DNA of 63,331 nucleotides, filler included, from Guillardia theta CCMP2712 (taxonomy: Eukaryota; Protista; Cryptophyta): assembly GCF_000315625.1 (NCBI RefSeq). It is 3 parts of 3 records of this genome, joined end to end, with 100 filler letters (N's around TTAATTAATTAA, not from the genome) between each part and the next. Parts side by side here need not be neighbours in the genome. Positions count along the whole stretch, not along the records: positions 26,928 to 38,796 come from NW_005434293.1; positions 38,897 to 63,331 come from NW_005434651.1; 1 more part is not named here. The stretch is one strand, 5' to 3'. Both the position numbers and the translations under genes were made by a program. The stretch's first letter is position 1. Every line of letters begins with the position of its first letter. Shown here piece after piece: positions 26,930 to 39,267 of this stretch. Below the pieces are notes generated by a model. The model made no database searches and was not told the DNA's origin. It saw only the letters and a program-made list of their open reading frames with translations.

Positions 26930-28749
26930 TTCTTGCACTTTTCCCTTGGATCTCACCTGAATGGGGGCTCGTACTCGTTGCCGTAGCATGCGGCATAGAG
27001 CATGTTGCTGTAAGTGATCTTGTCCGGCTGCATCCGAAAAGGCGAAGGGGAGGAGAAAGTTAGAACAAGATGAGAGAAGAGAGAGAAAGTGGAGACAGAT
27101 GAAGGGCATAGAAGAGGAGAGAGGAAGAGGAGAGAAATGGAAGAGGAGAAGAGAGGAAAGAAACGAGGAGGAGAGGAGAGAAAGGAGGAAAGGAGGAAAT
27201 GGGAGAGAAAAGAGGAGGAGAGGATAAGGGAAGGAGAGGAGAGCAAAGAAGAGAGGGAAGAGAATAGAAGAGGAGAGGAGAGCATAGTACAGGGCAAGAG
27301 GGAGCAGGACACAACAGAGCAGGACAACGGACAACATCGAGAGGTTCTTACTTTCAACCCATCAGCCTTCAAGACATCGATGATACACATCGCTTGCTCC
27401 AACTTCCCTGCTCGAGATTATCAGCAAGCAAGCGAGAAATCATACTAACATCTCATTTGATTTGATCTGTGAACACAACAACAGCTGGTAGTGCATCAGA
27501 GCCTCACAAACACATCACGTCACGTCACGTCACGTCACGTCACGTCACGTCACGTCACGTCACGTCACGTCACGTCACACCACACCACATCACATCACAT
27601 CACATCACATCACATCACATCACATCACATCACATCACATCACATCACATCACATCACATCAAAAGAGAGCCATCTTTGTTGCAAACATTCTCTATCGTT
27701 GTCTTCACCTGCTTTCATCAAGATATGGATCATCTGATTATATGGGGCTGGGCTGCTCATCTTCTGACCAGAATGCCTCATAGTCTGCCACCAAACATGA
27801 TGAGAGTTCAAAATCATGTCTCCTCTTCCACTTTCCTCGTCGATGATAACAACAACATCATCATCATCACCACCGCCACCACCACCACCATCACCACCGT
27901 CCCCACCACCATCGCCATCATGATCATCCTCCTCCTCCTCATCATCATCACCATCACCATCACCATCACCATCACCATCACCACCATAATTGTCGCGTTC
28001 ACCTTGCCCTCACGATCTTCACTCACCTCAAATATTTCCATCGCCTTGTCGAGCAAACCGAGCCCTTTGCACGCATACAACACAGTTGTGTAACTGTGCT
28101 GATCTCTCTCCAAACCCTGCTCCCCCATCTTCTCAAACACACTAACAGTCGTCTTGAAGTCCTTCCTTCGATTCAGCGCAATCATCAGGTCGTTTACTCC
28201 TCGCATCGAGACCTTTCTCTTCTGAAAGAATGTCGTCCAGTCCAACTTGGGCCCACTAGAAATTTTCTCCATCCTCTCCTTCAGATGCTTCGGCCGTTTC
28301 TCATCCCTTGTTTTCCACTCCTGCTGCAGCAGCTGCTCCTTGGTAAAGACCCACGGGGGTACGTTTTCAAACCCTCTTATCCCTGCGCTCCTAAGCTTCT
28401 TCATCTCATCCAGTGTTACCTTCACCTCCTCCACCGCTCCTCCCTTCTTCTTCCTCATCGGCTTTTCTTGCGTCGACCCTCCAACCTCCTTCGCGAACTT
28501 CTGCATATCGCGCTCTGCTTCGCTGTTGTCCGCTAGACTGTTGACTGCAGGGTTGTTGTCTGCCATCCCCCGGGCAGGAGGCGACCAACCCTTCCGTGCC
28601 GTGGATGGGTGAGAGGCCAGAGGAGGAAGAACGAGCGTCCCCCTCCATGAGACTGAGAAGAAGCGAAGGGCGGAAGGCAGGCAGCACGTCCGAAACCTCT
28701 GCAAGGAGCTGCTGGCCGAGTACATCCCCACCCTCGTTGCCGCCTTCAT
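26930..28749 (-). CDS. Pentatricopeptide repeat (PPR) protein, probably organellar; 3' part runs into a gap
   Basis: PPR motifs: VNDLMIALNRRKDFKTTVSVFEKMGEQGLERDQHSYTTVLYACKGLGLLDKAMEIFE and LEQAMCIIDVLKADGLK|PDKITYSNML. The basic Ser/Arg-rich N-terminus resembles a mitochondrial presequence. Confidence 0.85.
27516..27661. repeat. Compound pentamer microsatellite (CACGT)n(CACAT)n, intronic
   Basis: Direct reading. Confidence 0.9.
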
Positions 28750-29019
28750 CTAGCGGCGAGCAGCAAGTCAGATATCCTGGTGAGCATATTTCTCAGTCCT
28801 CTCCATACTCCTTGACCTGCTCTAGCCATGGACCCACTGGACATTTTTAGCTCATCTGAGCCTCAAGCTCTGAAACCCCTCTACCCTATCATCCAGTCTC
28901 GACCCGTCAAATTCCTATTCCTCCCCTCCTTTTTCAATTGCCCCTGACCTCTCTGTTCTTCCTCCTGTTCTCCCTCTGCCTTCTCCCTCCACTGTCTCCT
29001 TTACCTCATCGCCTCTTTC

Positions 29020-29232
29020 TGCCCTGCCCTGCCCTGCCCTGCCCTGCTCTGCCCTGCCCTGCCCTGCCCTGCCCTGCCCTGCCCTGCCCTGCCCTGCCCT
29101 GCCCTGCCCTGCCCTGCCCTGCCCTGCCCTGCCCTGCCCTGCCCTGCCCTGCCCTGCCCTGCCCTGCCCTGCCCTGCCCTGCCCTGCCCTGCTCTTCTAT
29201 ACTCTGCTCTGCTCTTCTCTGCCCTGCCCTGC
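29020..29232. repeat. (GCCCT)n microsatellite
   Basis: Direct reading. Confidence 0.9.
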
Positions 29233-29824
29233 CGTCACTCCCTTGCTGGATCTGGACCAGTCGCAGGCGCACATGCAAGTACCACCCCTGTATAAAACTA
29301 CCCCTCAATACTGGGAAAAATCAGGGTTCTTCACTGTCGCCTGATAAAAGCAAATCCATTTACTTGGAAATATTGAAATATTAGAGTAGAGCTTGAAATA
29401 TTTTCGAAACTTATAACAATTTATTTTGATTCCGTTTCATTCAGTGACTGAACGTTTCAACGGTTTCAGGCCGCGGCTGCTCAGTGTCATGGAGGCCCGG
29501 CCCTAGCTAGTGGACCGGGCCCGGGCGTTGTTTGCCAACCTTGCTATCGACAGTCACGCGGCCAAAGAACAGCAGCAGAGCAGAATTTCCGACAGCCACA
29601 GAGCTGCCGCTTTCCGGAGTCCGGTGGCATCGCCGGGGGCCCGTGCCCGGCCGGGCCCGGGTATACTTGTAAGTAAAGTCTTGCCAGGCTCCGAGGCTCA
29701 CTCAGTGACATGTTGAGTAAGTTGAGAGAGTTGCTATGAATTGCTCAGCTCAAACGATTGCCTACAAATTCCCAGAGCGATTTTATACTGTTGATGCCTT
29801 TGAGTGACGCTTTAATTTTAACAC

Positions 29825-32800
29825 TCAATGACTGACAAACGTTCTTGAGAGAGAATCGCCGCCGGTCGCGACCATGAGCTCAGCTGGGACCCAGATAGAG
29901 AGCAGCTGGACCTGAAGGCCAGCAGGAAGTCACTGGGAGCCTTTGACGGTACTCTCCTGCGTTCCCAAGTAGCTCACTCGGAGCCTACGAGCCTAGTCGT
30001 GCCCCAGCACTTCTCCTGTCCTGTCCTGTCCTGTCCTGTCCTGTCCTGTCCTGTCCTTTTCTCATCTATTCTCAGCACTGAACTGAAGGCGTGAGTCCAT
30101 GCTTATCGCACTTTGGGGTGAAATTCGCTTTCCTCATCCCCTTCTTCCTTTTGTCCTATACTCTCAGCCCTGGCATTCTCCTCCTCCACCTCCTCCTCCT
30201 CCTCCTCCTCCTCTCTTGTACTCCTCCTCCCTTGTACTCCTCCCTTGTACTCCTCCCTTGTACTCCTCCCTTGTACTCCTCCCTTGTACTCCTAACTTCG
30301 CCCTGCTCCTCTCCTCCTCCCTCCTCCTGACCTGCTTCTCATCTCGCATCCTCCTGAATCTCACAGCCTCCTCATCCAGCAACGCATTTCCCTTGCAGCC
30401 TCTGTGGCATCGTGAGGAAGAGAACATCACTTGTAGCACCTGCCGATCAATCGCATCGAGCGATGGCTGGCTGTCTGACAAATGAAGGATAAGTTTGGAC
30501 TTGAGCTGCAGAAAAGGAGTGAAAAATACGTATCATGGTAAATGAAAAGAGAAGAGGAGAGGAGAGGAAGGAGAAGAAGAGATGGAGATAGGAAGCAGAT
30601 TCCCAAGAGGAGACAACGGGAGCAAAGAAAGCAGGAGCATGGAAACATAAGGGAGAGGAGGAGGAGGAGGAGGAGGAGGAGGAGGAGGAGGAGGAGGAGG
30701 AGGAGGAGGAGGAGGAGGAGGAGGAGGAGGAGGNNNNNNNNNNNNNNNNNNNNNNNNNNNNNNNNNNNNNNNNNNNNNNNNNNNNNNNNNNNNNNNNNNN
30801 NNNNNNNNNNNNNNNNNNNNNNNNNNNNNNNNNTCTCCTCGATGTATGCGCGACAAGAAGACACATTGAAAATGAAGTTGACGGAGGTGGGACTCATAGT
30901 AGATTCATTTGATAGAGATGACAAGTCCATGATGTGGCAAGCACCATACAGACCTGAGATAGCATGTGCAGTGACATCTCAGTCACCATCTCCTTCTTCT
31001 TGATTGTAGCAGCCATCGCTCTCTGGCAAGGTAGCTTTGAGTCTAGTATGGTTGGTGGAGTTTTGAGAGCAACTGAAGTCGGCATTGCACTGGTCCGATA
31101 GTTCAAGGTCCGATCCAAGCGAGGACTTTGGGAGAAGGGAGGGAGCCTCGTCGACCGATCGCAGCTCCTAGCTAAGCAAGGAATTCCAAAATTACTGATG
31201 CAACCTCGGGCCCCCCCCCTGGTCTACCCTTCAACCCCCCCATGTCTTCTCATTCTTCGCCTTAGTGCATATGGCATTCCATCTTGCCCGGACGAGCGGT
31301 CACACGGCTCCCCGGCCCACCCCTCCCCCCCCCACCCCACGAAGATCATAGCACCGGAATTATTAGACGTGGAGGAGGAGAAGGAGGAGGAAAAGGTAGA
31401 GTTTTTGGTGGTGGTGGAGCAGCAGCAGAAGCAGGTGGTGCAGGTGTAGATGTACGATGAGCAGGAGAATGTGCGGACAGAACCTGCTGCTCAAAACAGG
31501 AGAGGCAGTGATTGACCGCCTGTTACTGAGTCAGATGTTGGTGAGCCTGACATCGCCATTCGTCACCATCAACTCCCTTGTAGCCTGATCCACTTGCTCC
31601 CCTCGCTTTCTTCCCCCCCGCTCCTGCTCCTGCTCCTCCTCTTCGAACCTGCTCCAAGTTGGTCAAGATTGCTCTACCAGCAGCATCGACGTACCTGCCC
31701 CATGCTCTCCGTACCAAGACTCTCTTCTTGCCGCCATCCTCCCTGCTGTGTACACCTGCCCCGCTCCCTCCTTCCTCCTCCTCCTCTGCCTCGGCTGTGG
31801 ATCCTTCGGAAATGAGCAGCCCCCCCCACCCAAGAGGAGACGCGTCTGTGATGAGTATAGCTTCGATTTCAACCTCCTCATCCTGTTGGAGGAGGAGCTG
31901 GAGATTCGTCCATCCCATCCTCCATGCTCGTTGACAGCTAGAAAACTCCCTCCTGTCCTCTGGCGACTCCTTCCCCTGGCTTCCCTCCACCTCCACCTTT
32001 TGCCTGCACCTGATGGTGAAGGAAAATTCAGTCGCTCCTCTACCTCTCCTCGATCTCTGCTCTCTTTCTTTCTCCCCCCCTTCTCTTCCAACCTCCCTCC
32101 TTCTCGCTCTCTCCCCCTTTCTTGAACTTCTCCTTCCCTGCCTGCCTTGACCCCTCCCTCGTTCCTACCCTCCCTCTTTTCTCCATCTTTCTCAGTCTCT
32201 GTTTCTAACGTCTCCCTCCTTCTATCCTCTTTGTTGTTCTCTTCCTCCGCTTCTGCTCTCCTGCCGCTCTTCCCCCCTCCCACCCTTTGCGCACAGTCAC
32301 AACCGGCACACAGCAAGTCGCCACCTGGCAAGAAACTCGCGCACTTGCTGATCTCCCGCATTTGCAGAGCTGGCAAGTAGGCAGCAGAGTACGACGAAGG
32401 TCTGAACAACATTGCTCCACTCAAACACAACAAGATCGTCACACGAGAGCTGATGTTGAGATGTTCGCGAGTTGATGATTTTGTTGCTGCATCGACGTAC
32501 TCAAAGGAGTCCAAGTTAGCAAACAGGAGAGATCTCTTACATTATGGCAAGCGAGCTTGACAGCGGTGAAGTGTCCTTGTATGTGATGATACAAACTTCT
32601 TCCTCACAACGTGTATCAGGCGGATTATGAGACATCTCGGCAACAAGTAGCAGGAAAGCATGTCGGATGAGATTCAGAATGTTCAACAGACGATCTCTGT
32701 CTGTCATCCTCACCAGCTGCTTCTCATACTCTCTAATCACTGAGGCAAACCTCTCACCAACGTCCCTGCTTTGAGATTGCAGTATGCCAGCTCCCTTCTC

Positions 32801-33649
32801 CAAGACGCTCAGGGCCTTGAGAAAGGAAGAGCTTTCATCATGGCGGAGAAGCAAGCACAGCTGCAGAAGTTGCAATGAATGAGAAATGTGCTGCTATGAA
32901 GCAAAGAAACTGCACAGACCTTGACAAACGATGAAACCTTCAACTTCAGCTGGTCGTTCTCCTCTGCCATCTCCTCCAACTCTCTCCATCCCATCACTCC
33001 TTTCTTGACGCACAACCCGCATATCTCCATGACAAGAATCAACAACGTGCAAAGACAAGAGCACACAATCAGTTCAAAGTGTCTCGTCAACAACTTCCAT
33101 CTCAGTTTTCTTTACCTGTGTGAAAATGTACTTGGTCGCTTCATCTACCGTCTCTTCTCCATTCATCAATGATTTTGCTTCCTGGTACATGCCCAATCCT
33201 GAGTTTCTTCGCCTTTACATTTCAGTTTTCAACAGAAGCAAACTAGCACCATGCTGCTTGTTGTCAAGCAGCTTCTTCAACTTCCTGTGTTGGTGTCACC
33301 TCATCAAAAAATCTCTATCCCAAGGACCTCCGAAGTTGATGAGAATGTGCAAGACATACAACGATGCTGGCTTGCCTCTTGTCTTGTCTCCACGTACTCG
33401 ACGACTTCTTCGATCCAACACAAGGCGCTCCATGGCTGCTACCCACAACATTCACAACACATGGTCACATGATCGGTGGCAGTCGGACACAATCATTCAC
33501 ATTCTCCATGTCAAACATACACCATCGACGCATTCTCTGTCTCAAACAAACAAGTCTCACCGCGGAAGGAACGCACTGTCCACTGATGAGAACGGGGTCA
33601 CTCCTTGCACAAGGACGAAGAGAATCAGCAGTTTGAACACGTGCGCCAT
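29825..33649 (-). CDS. Intron-rich gene ending in a DIRS1-type RNase H domain, with a putative bipartite plastid presequence
   Basis: Spliced C-terminus: ILITDASPLGWGGLL...RAWGRYVDAAGRAILTNLEQ|ATRELM|AVNHCLSCFEQQ|LKSKLILHLSDSQPSLDAIDR|GCKGNALLDEEAVRFRRMRDEKQ|VQLLSIWVPAELMVATGGDSLSRTFVSH*. N-terminus MAHVFKLLILFVLVQGVTP-F. The RNase H call is firm; linking the 5' exons to it is inferred. Confidence 0.7.
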
Positions 33650-33914
33650 GGCGCTGATATCATCAGGGCACAAGGCAGAACGAAGGAGAAGGCAGCTGTG
33701 GGAAAATATATCAGTGCGTGCAGCATAAGACTAAAAGGGTAAAGACAGCTCTCTTTGAAGAGGTACATAAAGCAAAGGATTGCTTCTGACAGGATCAAAC
33801 ACAAGTTGACGAATAATACAAGAGGTATGAAAGGCACGCAAATCAAAGCCAAACAAAAGATGAAAGCAAGAGCAAGAAATTCTTCACAGAAGCAGGAACA
33901 GGAGAAGGAGCAGG

Positions 33915-34025
33915 GCCAGGACCAGGAACCAGGACCAGGACCAGGACCAGGACCAGGACCAGGACCAGGACCAGGACCAGGACCAGGACCAGGACCAGGA
34001 CCAGTACCAGGACCAGGACCAGGAG
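33915..34025. repeat. (CCAGGA)n microsatellite
   Basis: Direct reading. Confidence 0.9.
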
Positions 34026-35510
34026 CGGGTCAAGAGGACCAGAAGGATCAGGGCATTGAGCTGAGCGAAGGGACTCAACTCACGTTCACTTTCACTCAAT
34101 CTTCAGTTCACACCGTGATTCACTAGTACGGTACTGAGTCAGTCAGGCTCGCCGGGACTCCGACGGCGGAGGCCCGGCCCCCGGGCCCCGCCGGGATCAT
34201 CGCCGGGGCCCAATGATTCTGGCACTGTGACCAGCCCGGCGGTATGGAGTGAAATGATCCAAGTTTTCTCTTCTCCGGCCGTTTGGCATGTGCGACAGCT
34301 GGCTGTCCGACCGTCGCACAGCCAGCTGTCGAAACTCGACAGCCAGCTGTCGAAACTCAGCAAGCTGAGCCGTCGCCGACTCGCCCGGCGGGCCGCGCGA
34401 AGTTTTGGCTGTCTCGTTCTCGTGTTCGAAACTGCCTTCTCTGCCCCTAGTGCTTGTCTCAGCGGCGGCCTATATGAGGATCGGCCTTTTCAGTTAAGAG
34501 GGTCTGTTCTCCTCATGTTGTAGCTAGTAAACTCGTAGTCTCAACTACGTTGATCAGCCAGTTGAGCCAGTCAAAGTTTGACGTACTACCTGATGGCATT
34601 CCAGTCGCGTCAAAAGTTACACCTCTGTCTCTGTAATATGCTTTCAAGGCATTCTTGTACGACTGCAGTGCTCCTAACCACAGCGTTCGTTTGCTCGCCT
34701 GGTATCCTCAAATGCCATGGTTCTCAGGCTCATGTAGATTGCCCTTATGCGGATCATCTTCCTGCTCTTCCTGCTCTCCCTGCTCTTCCTGCTGACTTTC
34801 TTGACTTTCATGATCTTCTTTCACACCCTGAAGCTTTACGTCCCGACATAAGGACGTGGAGAGAGGTAGATATCGCCTACAGATCCTTTTGAGCAGCCAC
34901 TCCAGCAAACTCAACTGAGAGACTGGACCCCATTCCTCTAACCATCCGTGACCGTCAGTGGAGCTCCTTGAGGCAACTGCTGAGCGCTGAGCTTGGGGTT
35001 GCCGTGGCAGATGAAGCGATCTCTGTGCGTGACAAGATCCTGGATCAGAGCGAGGTAGGGAAACTCCTACGACGAGCCACTGCCTCCTCGGCCCCTGGTC
35101 AGTTTGGTTGGCAACATTTCAAGCACAAGGGACGTTTTCGAAGATTGGATGATGATCACAAGAAGAGACGCGTTGTCCTATCTTGAAGCCGATCGCGCTG
35201 GCCCTCATGCCTTCGGGAAGTTCTGGAGGAAGTTGCCCGGCCGCTGCCGGTTGCCGGAATGATGTGCCAGCATGCATCGCTGACGCTCGAAATCGCTGGC
35301 TCGAATGCTGCGGAGCGACTCCAGGAGACTCCAAGAGGCATGCAGCCGAGAGCACGCGGTGATCTAGGACGAACAGCACACTTCCAGGCGTCTAGATTAG
35401 GTTGGGCGAGGGGATTCAATTTCAATCAAGATGGGGACAGGTCTGAAAACAAACTTATGTTTATACACTCAGGTAGGAAACTAGAACACGGGAAAGGGTG
35501 GGCGATCAGT

Positions 35511-36431
35511 CTACATGTACTCCTTCACGGTAGGAGAACGGGCTCGAGGGCCGTCTTGGGTCTTCCCTAGATCCTTCTTCACTGGCACGGGGCCAGAGGG
35601 GGGTGCAGCAGGAGGAACTTCCTTCTTGACCCTGAACGAACCGCCTCGCATTCTTGCCCCAGCATCGTTGAGCGCTGCCACCCAGTTGTCTCTCCTGCTC
35701 TCACTCTTGCAGAAGAAGTGGATACTCGAGTCGCAAGAATCCCTCGACGTGCCCTCCTCAGTGCTGAGGATGAACATTGTCGCGTGCTTCTCACTTGTCT
35801 TGATAACTGTGTCCCTCAATCTGAACATGCCAATTTCCCGCGTGAAGTCGTTCCCAGCAAAGATAGACATGATGCCCTTCTCGTTCACAACGCACAGGAC
35901 CTGCATACCCGACGTCGAGCTGGGACTCTCCCGGAGCTCTAGATGCCCTCGGATCTCATGCTGCCTAGTAGCGTCATGGTCTGCGGTGTGGAGGTTGGGA
36001 AGTGATCTAAAGGGTGCGCTGTCCTGTGCCCGAAGTGCCGCCTTTCGCTCCTGTATCTTCATGTCGACATTATTCCTTGGCGAAGTAGCAGGGGATAGTT
36101 TCGAGCTTCCAATCTCAGCTATTCTCTTGCTGTTACTCGGGTACGCAGCCTGGTGGCTTTCACCTCCTGCGATTTCAGGAAGGCACGAACGTTCGTCCTC
36201 AATAGCAAGCCTTGAGGGCCTGTCCGGGACAGCCTTCAGGAAAGGACGGTACCTCCGAGGAGAGGTATTGGGGGACTTGTATCCAAGGAACGTGTTTGAA
36301 TCATAATCCTCATGTCCATGAGGGCAGGGTCTTCGTTCGAGGTAGACATTTGGCCTAGTTTGGTCTGTGGCATGAAGCAGATGCCGAGAGAACAATGCTG
36401 GAGCAATACGCAGGAGGGAAAAGAGTATCAC
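35511..36431 (-). CDS. PH-domain protein
   Basis: IRGHLELRE...VLCVVNEKGIMSIF...EIGMFRLRDTVIK...FILST...IHFFCKSESRRDNWVAAL: PH beta-sandwich plus the C-terminal helix with the conserved Trp. The true start is uncertain. Confidence 0.7.
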   Translation of the reverse strand: MILFSLLRIAPALFSRHLLHATDQTRPNVYLERRPCPHGHEDYDSNTFLGYKSPNTSPRRYRPFLKAVPDRPSRLAIEDERSCLPEIAGGESHQAAYPSNSKRIAEIGSSKLSPATSPRNNVDMKIQERKAALRAQDSAPFRSLPNLHTADHDATRQHEIRGHLELRESPSSTSGMQVLCVVNEKGIMSIFAGNDFTREIGMFRLRDTVIKTSEKHATMFILSTEEGTSRDSCDSSIHFFCKSESRRDNWVAALNDAGARMRGGSFRVKKEVPPAAPPSGPVPVKKDLGKTQDGPRARSPTVKEYM

Positions 36432-39267
36432 AAAGAACTGAGAGCTTGAAGATACGAGGAATAGACAACCAGTGAAGGGGGGGAGAAGATAAAGGAAGGG
36501 GAGGGGTAAGGGAGGGGGTGGGGACTGAAACGCCGAAGGCTTTTCGAGATTCAGTCACGTGATGGAGAAAGATGGAGAATCGAGCAACAAGCAAGAGAAG
36601 GAGGAGGGGTAAGAAGGACGAGATATAAGGAAGATGGAGGTAGGAGCGGAAGGGAGGAGGAAGCGAGAGGAGGAGGAGGAGGAGGAGAGGAATGCGCTAC
36701 TGCGTTGGAGGACGAGGAGTGTGCGAGGGAATTCAGGATCGGGTCTTGCGTAAAGACCTACGTAATACCTTAGTAGGTGGGGTGGTGAAAAGATGGGGGT
36801 AGGGGTGAATCGGAGTTCACAGAATTTGGGACATGGGTAGGGTAGTTGGAAATATTCTGAGGGTGGGTCCACGGACCCTACCGGTAGAGATACTATTAAG
36901 GGATGACCATGGAGCTTGCCTTCACTGTTAGGATGGGTGGGTGGTACCTTTTTGGAAAGAGGAGAATACCATATATACTGCCCTTGGCCAAATTCATTAC
37001 ATCTTCACTTATAGAATTTTCACCCTTTGTGTATATGGGAGCACATAGTCTCATCAAGGGCTGATGAAGTACGAGGGTACAAGGGGTAGGGTTATGATAC
37101 CTCCAATGTGCGGTTGGGCACCCCCTCTGTGACGGAACGGGGGTGGGGTGAGGGTCATCACCATACTTATGACTGGAACTGAGGGGGTAGGGATCACTGG
37201 AGGAGTGGGGTGGTGATGGAATATGGGCTAGAGGTTGGTAGGTTTTGAGGGGGTAGGGGTATTTCAAATGTCTCACGAGGTGGGGTAGGGGTGGGTATCG
37301 TGATAATGTTTACCTGGGGAGAGGGTCAAGAGGCTACAAGGGACAGTCGCTTCCTTTGAGGGGGTACCAAATGAAAGGTATGAAGATTAGTGGGTAGGGG
37401 TTACCGTTATCACCCTAGAGATTCTCTTGAACTTTCTTTAAAAGTACCGGGTCATTTTAAACTATGAGGGGTACTTGATACCTTCATGTTTACAACGGGG
37501 GTAGGGGAGGTCCTTTCGGGCTCATCACTTGGTTTTACGATACGATAACTGAGGGAGTAAAAATCCGTTTTTGACTGGGTTGGGGTAGTAAACTACCCAC
37601 TGTTTGACTCAATATATGACTGCTTAGTACGGGTACTGGATATCATTGGCTGGGGTCCTCGCGGTGGGTCACGGAGCACTTGGTTTCAATTAGGTCCGTG
37701 ACTTTCAGTACTAGGCCAACCCGCCTCATGATTCTGGTCTCGGCTACCACCCCACCCCTCTTTTTCCCATAAAATATACCCCATAGATAGACTTTCTCGA
37801 GATATTCGAGGATTTCCAGTCAAACTCCCCGATGTTCCCCCAACCGGCGCGATAGTACTTCTGAATGTATGGGGGTGGTTTAGCTTAGAGTACCATGGGT
37901 AGGGTGGGTTACACTTTGACCTCCATCATACATGTCCAACTAGAACAACTTACAAGCAATCTAATGATTAATTTTGCAGTAGGTATCTACTGTACCCTCG
38001 TGCAAACATGATCAAACCATGATGAGGGGTACTTTTGACCTGGTCTTCAGGACAGGGGGGTGGAATGAATGGGAGGGTGGTGCGATGCTGCTGACTCGGA
38101 GAAGGAGAGCGGCCATGGTCATCAATTAATAAAATACTTTTATAAGCTAAAAGGGTTATTGAGGGCAGAGGAGTTAAGTGAGGTCAAGAGGTTAGGACCA
38201 AACCTGCAGACTCAAGTTCTGAAAAGTGCATTCATAATTTGAAATATACGAAAGATTATTTCAATTGATTTCAACGTGGTAAAGGAGTCGTTGGAAGCAC
38301 ATGATCACGAAAGATACCGGCAGAGGCAGGAACCATTTATGAAATAGAGTCTTTTCGAGTTTTACAACATTCCCCTGTGACTTCTTCATGGCCATGAGAT
38401 CGAAGCAAGGCTCAACTCCTCAACTCCGGCCCGGTAATGGTGAATGAATGGCTCGTACCGATCTTTTTAACTTAACTTTGACTAAAGATTTGTTTGCGTT
38501 TACTCAAAGTTAAGTTAAAAAATGACAGTCACTGCCTTCCAGGTCGTACTGATTTTTAACTTAACTTTGAGTAAATGCCAGGCTGATTGAGTAGAAGCCA
38601 CTGAACTTCCGCAGACGGTTTGAGTCACTGAGAAGCCTACCGGGCCTGAGTGGCTACTAGCCGCCATCATGAGAGTACGACCGGAGGCCGCCCGGCCCGG
38701 GCGCGGCCGGCCGTCTCCGGCCCGGGGCGACTCCCGAGTCCGGCCGCGGGGAAGCCTACGTAGTCTCGGCCCCTGATCCGATCGATTGTCCGATAGNNNN
38801 NNNNNNNNNNNNNNNNNNNNNNNNNNNNNNNNNNNNNNNNTTAATTAATTAANNNNNNNNNNNNNNNNNNNNNNNNNNNNNNNNNNNNNNNNNNNNCTGT
38901 TACTTGGTGTCTATTAAAACATACACAACGTCAGCGTCCCCGTCATAGTCATCACCATGAATCATCCTCCTCATCTTGCATCCGTAGAACATCCTTGGTC
39001 TCTCTTTCCTGACACTTCTCTCTCCTTGTTCTTCTTCAACATAAGTCTCTTCATTTCGTTCCCCCCCTCGCCCCCTCCCCCCCCCCCCCTGTCTTCATTC
39101 TTTCATACCACCGCCCCCACTCCCCCGAGCCTGCCTGGTTTTCCCTTTTCCCCGTACAAATAATCCCGCCCTCCCTTCCCGCTCCCCTGCCTCTCGCCGC
39201 GCGCCGTCAGCGAAGGAGGAGATGAAGTGAGCGAGGCAGCCGCTGCTGTCATCCCGACCAGTCGAGC

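Noticed and set aside
29825-33649. Active DIRS retrotransposon
   Set aside because: No RT catalytic motif, recombinase or terminal repeats, and multiple spliceosomal introns. Treated as a domesticated gene.
34578-35500. Possible plus-strand gene
   Set aside because: Coding-like fragments only, with no consistent model or homology recognised.
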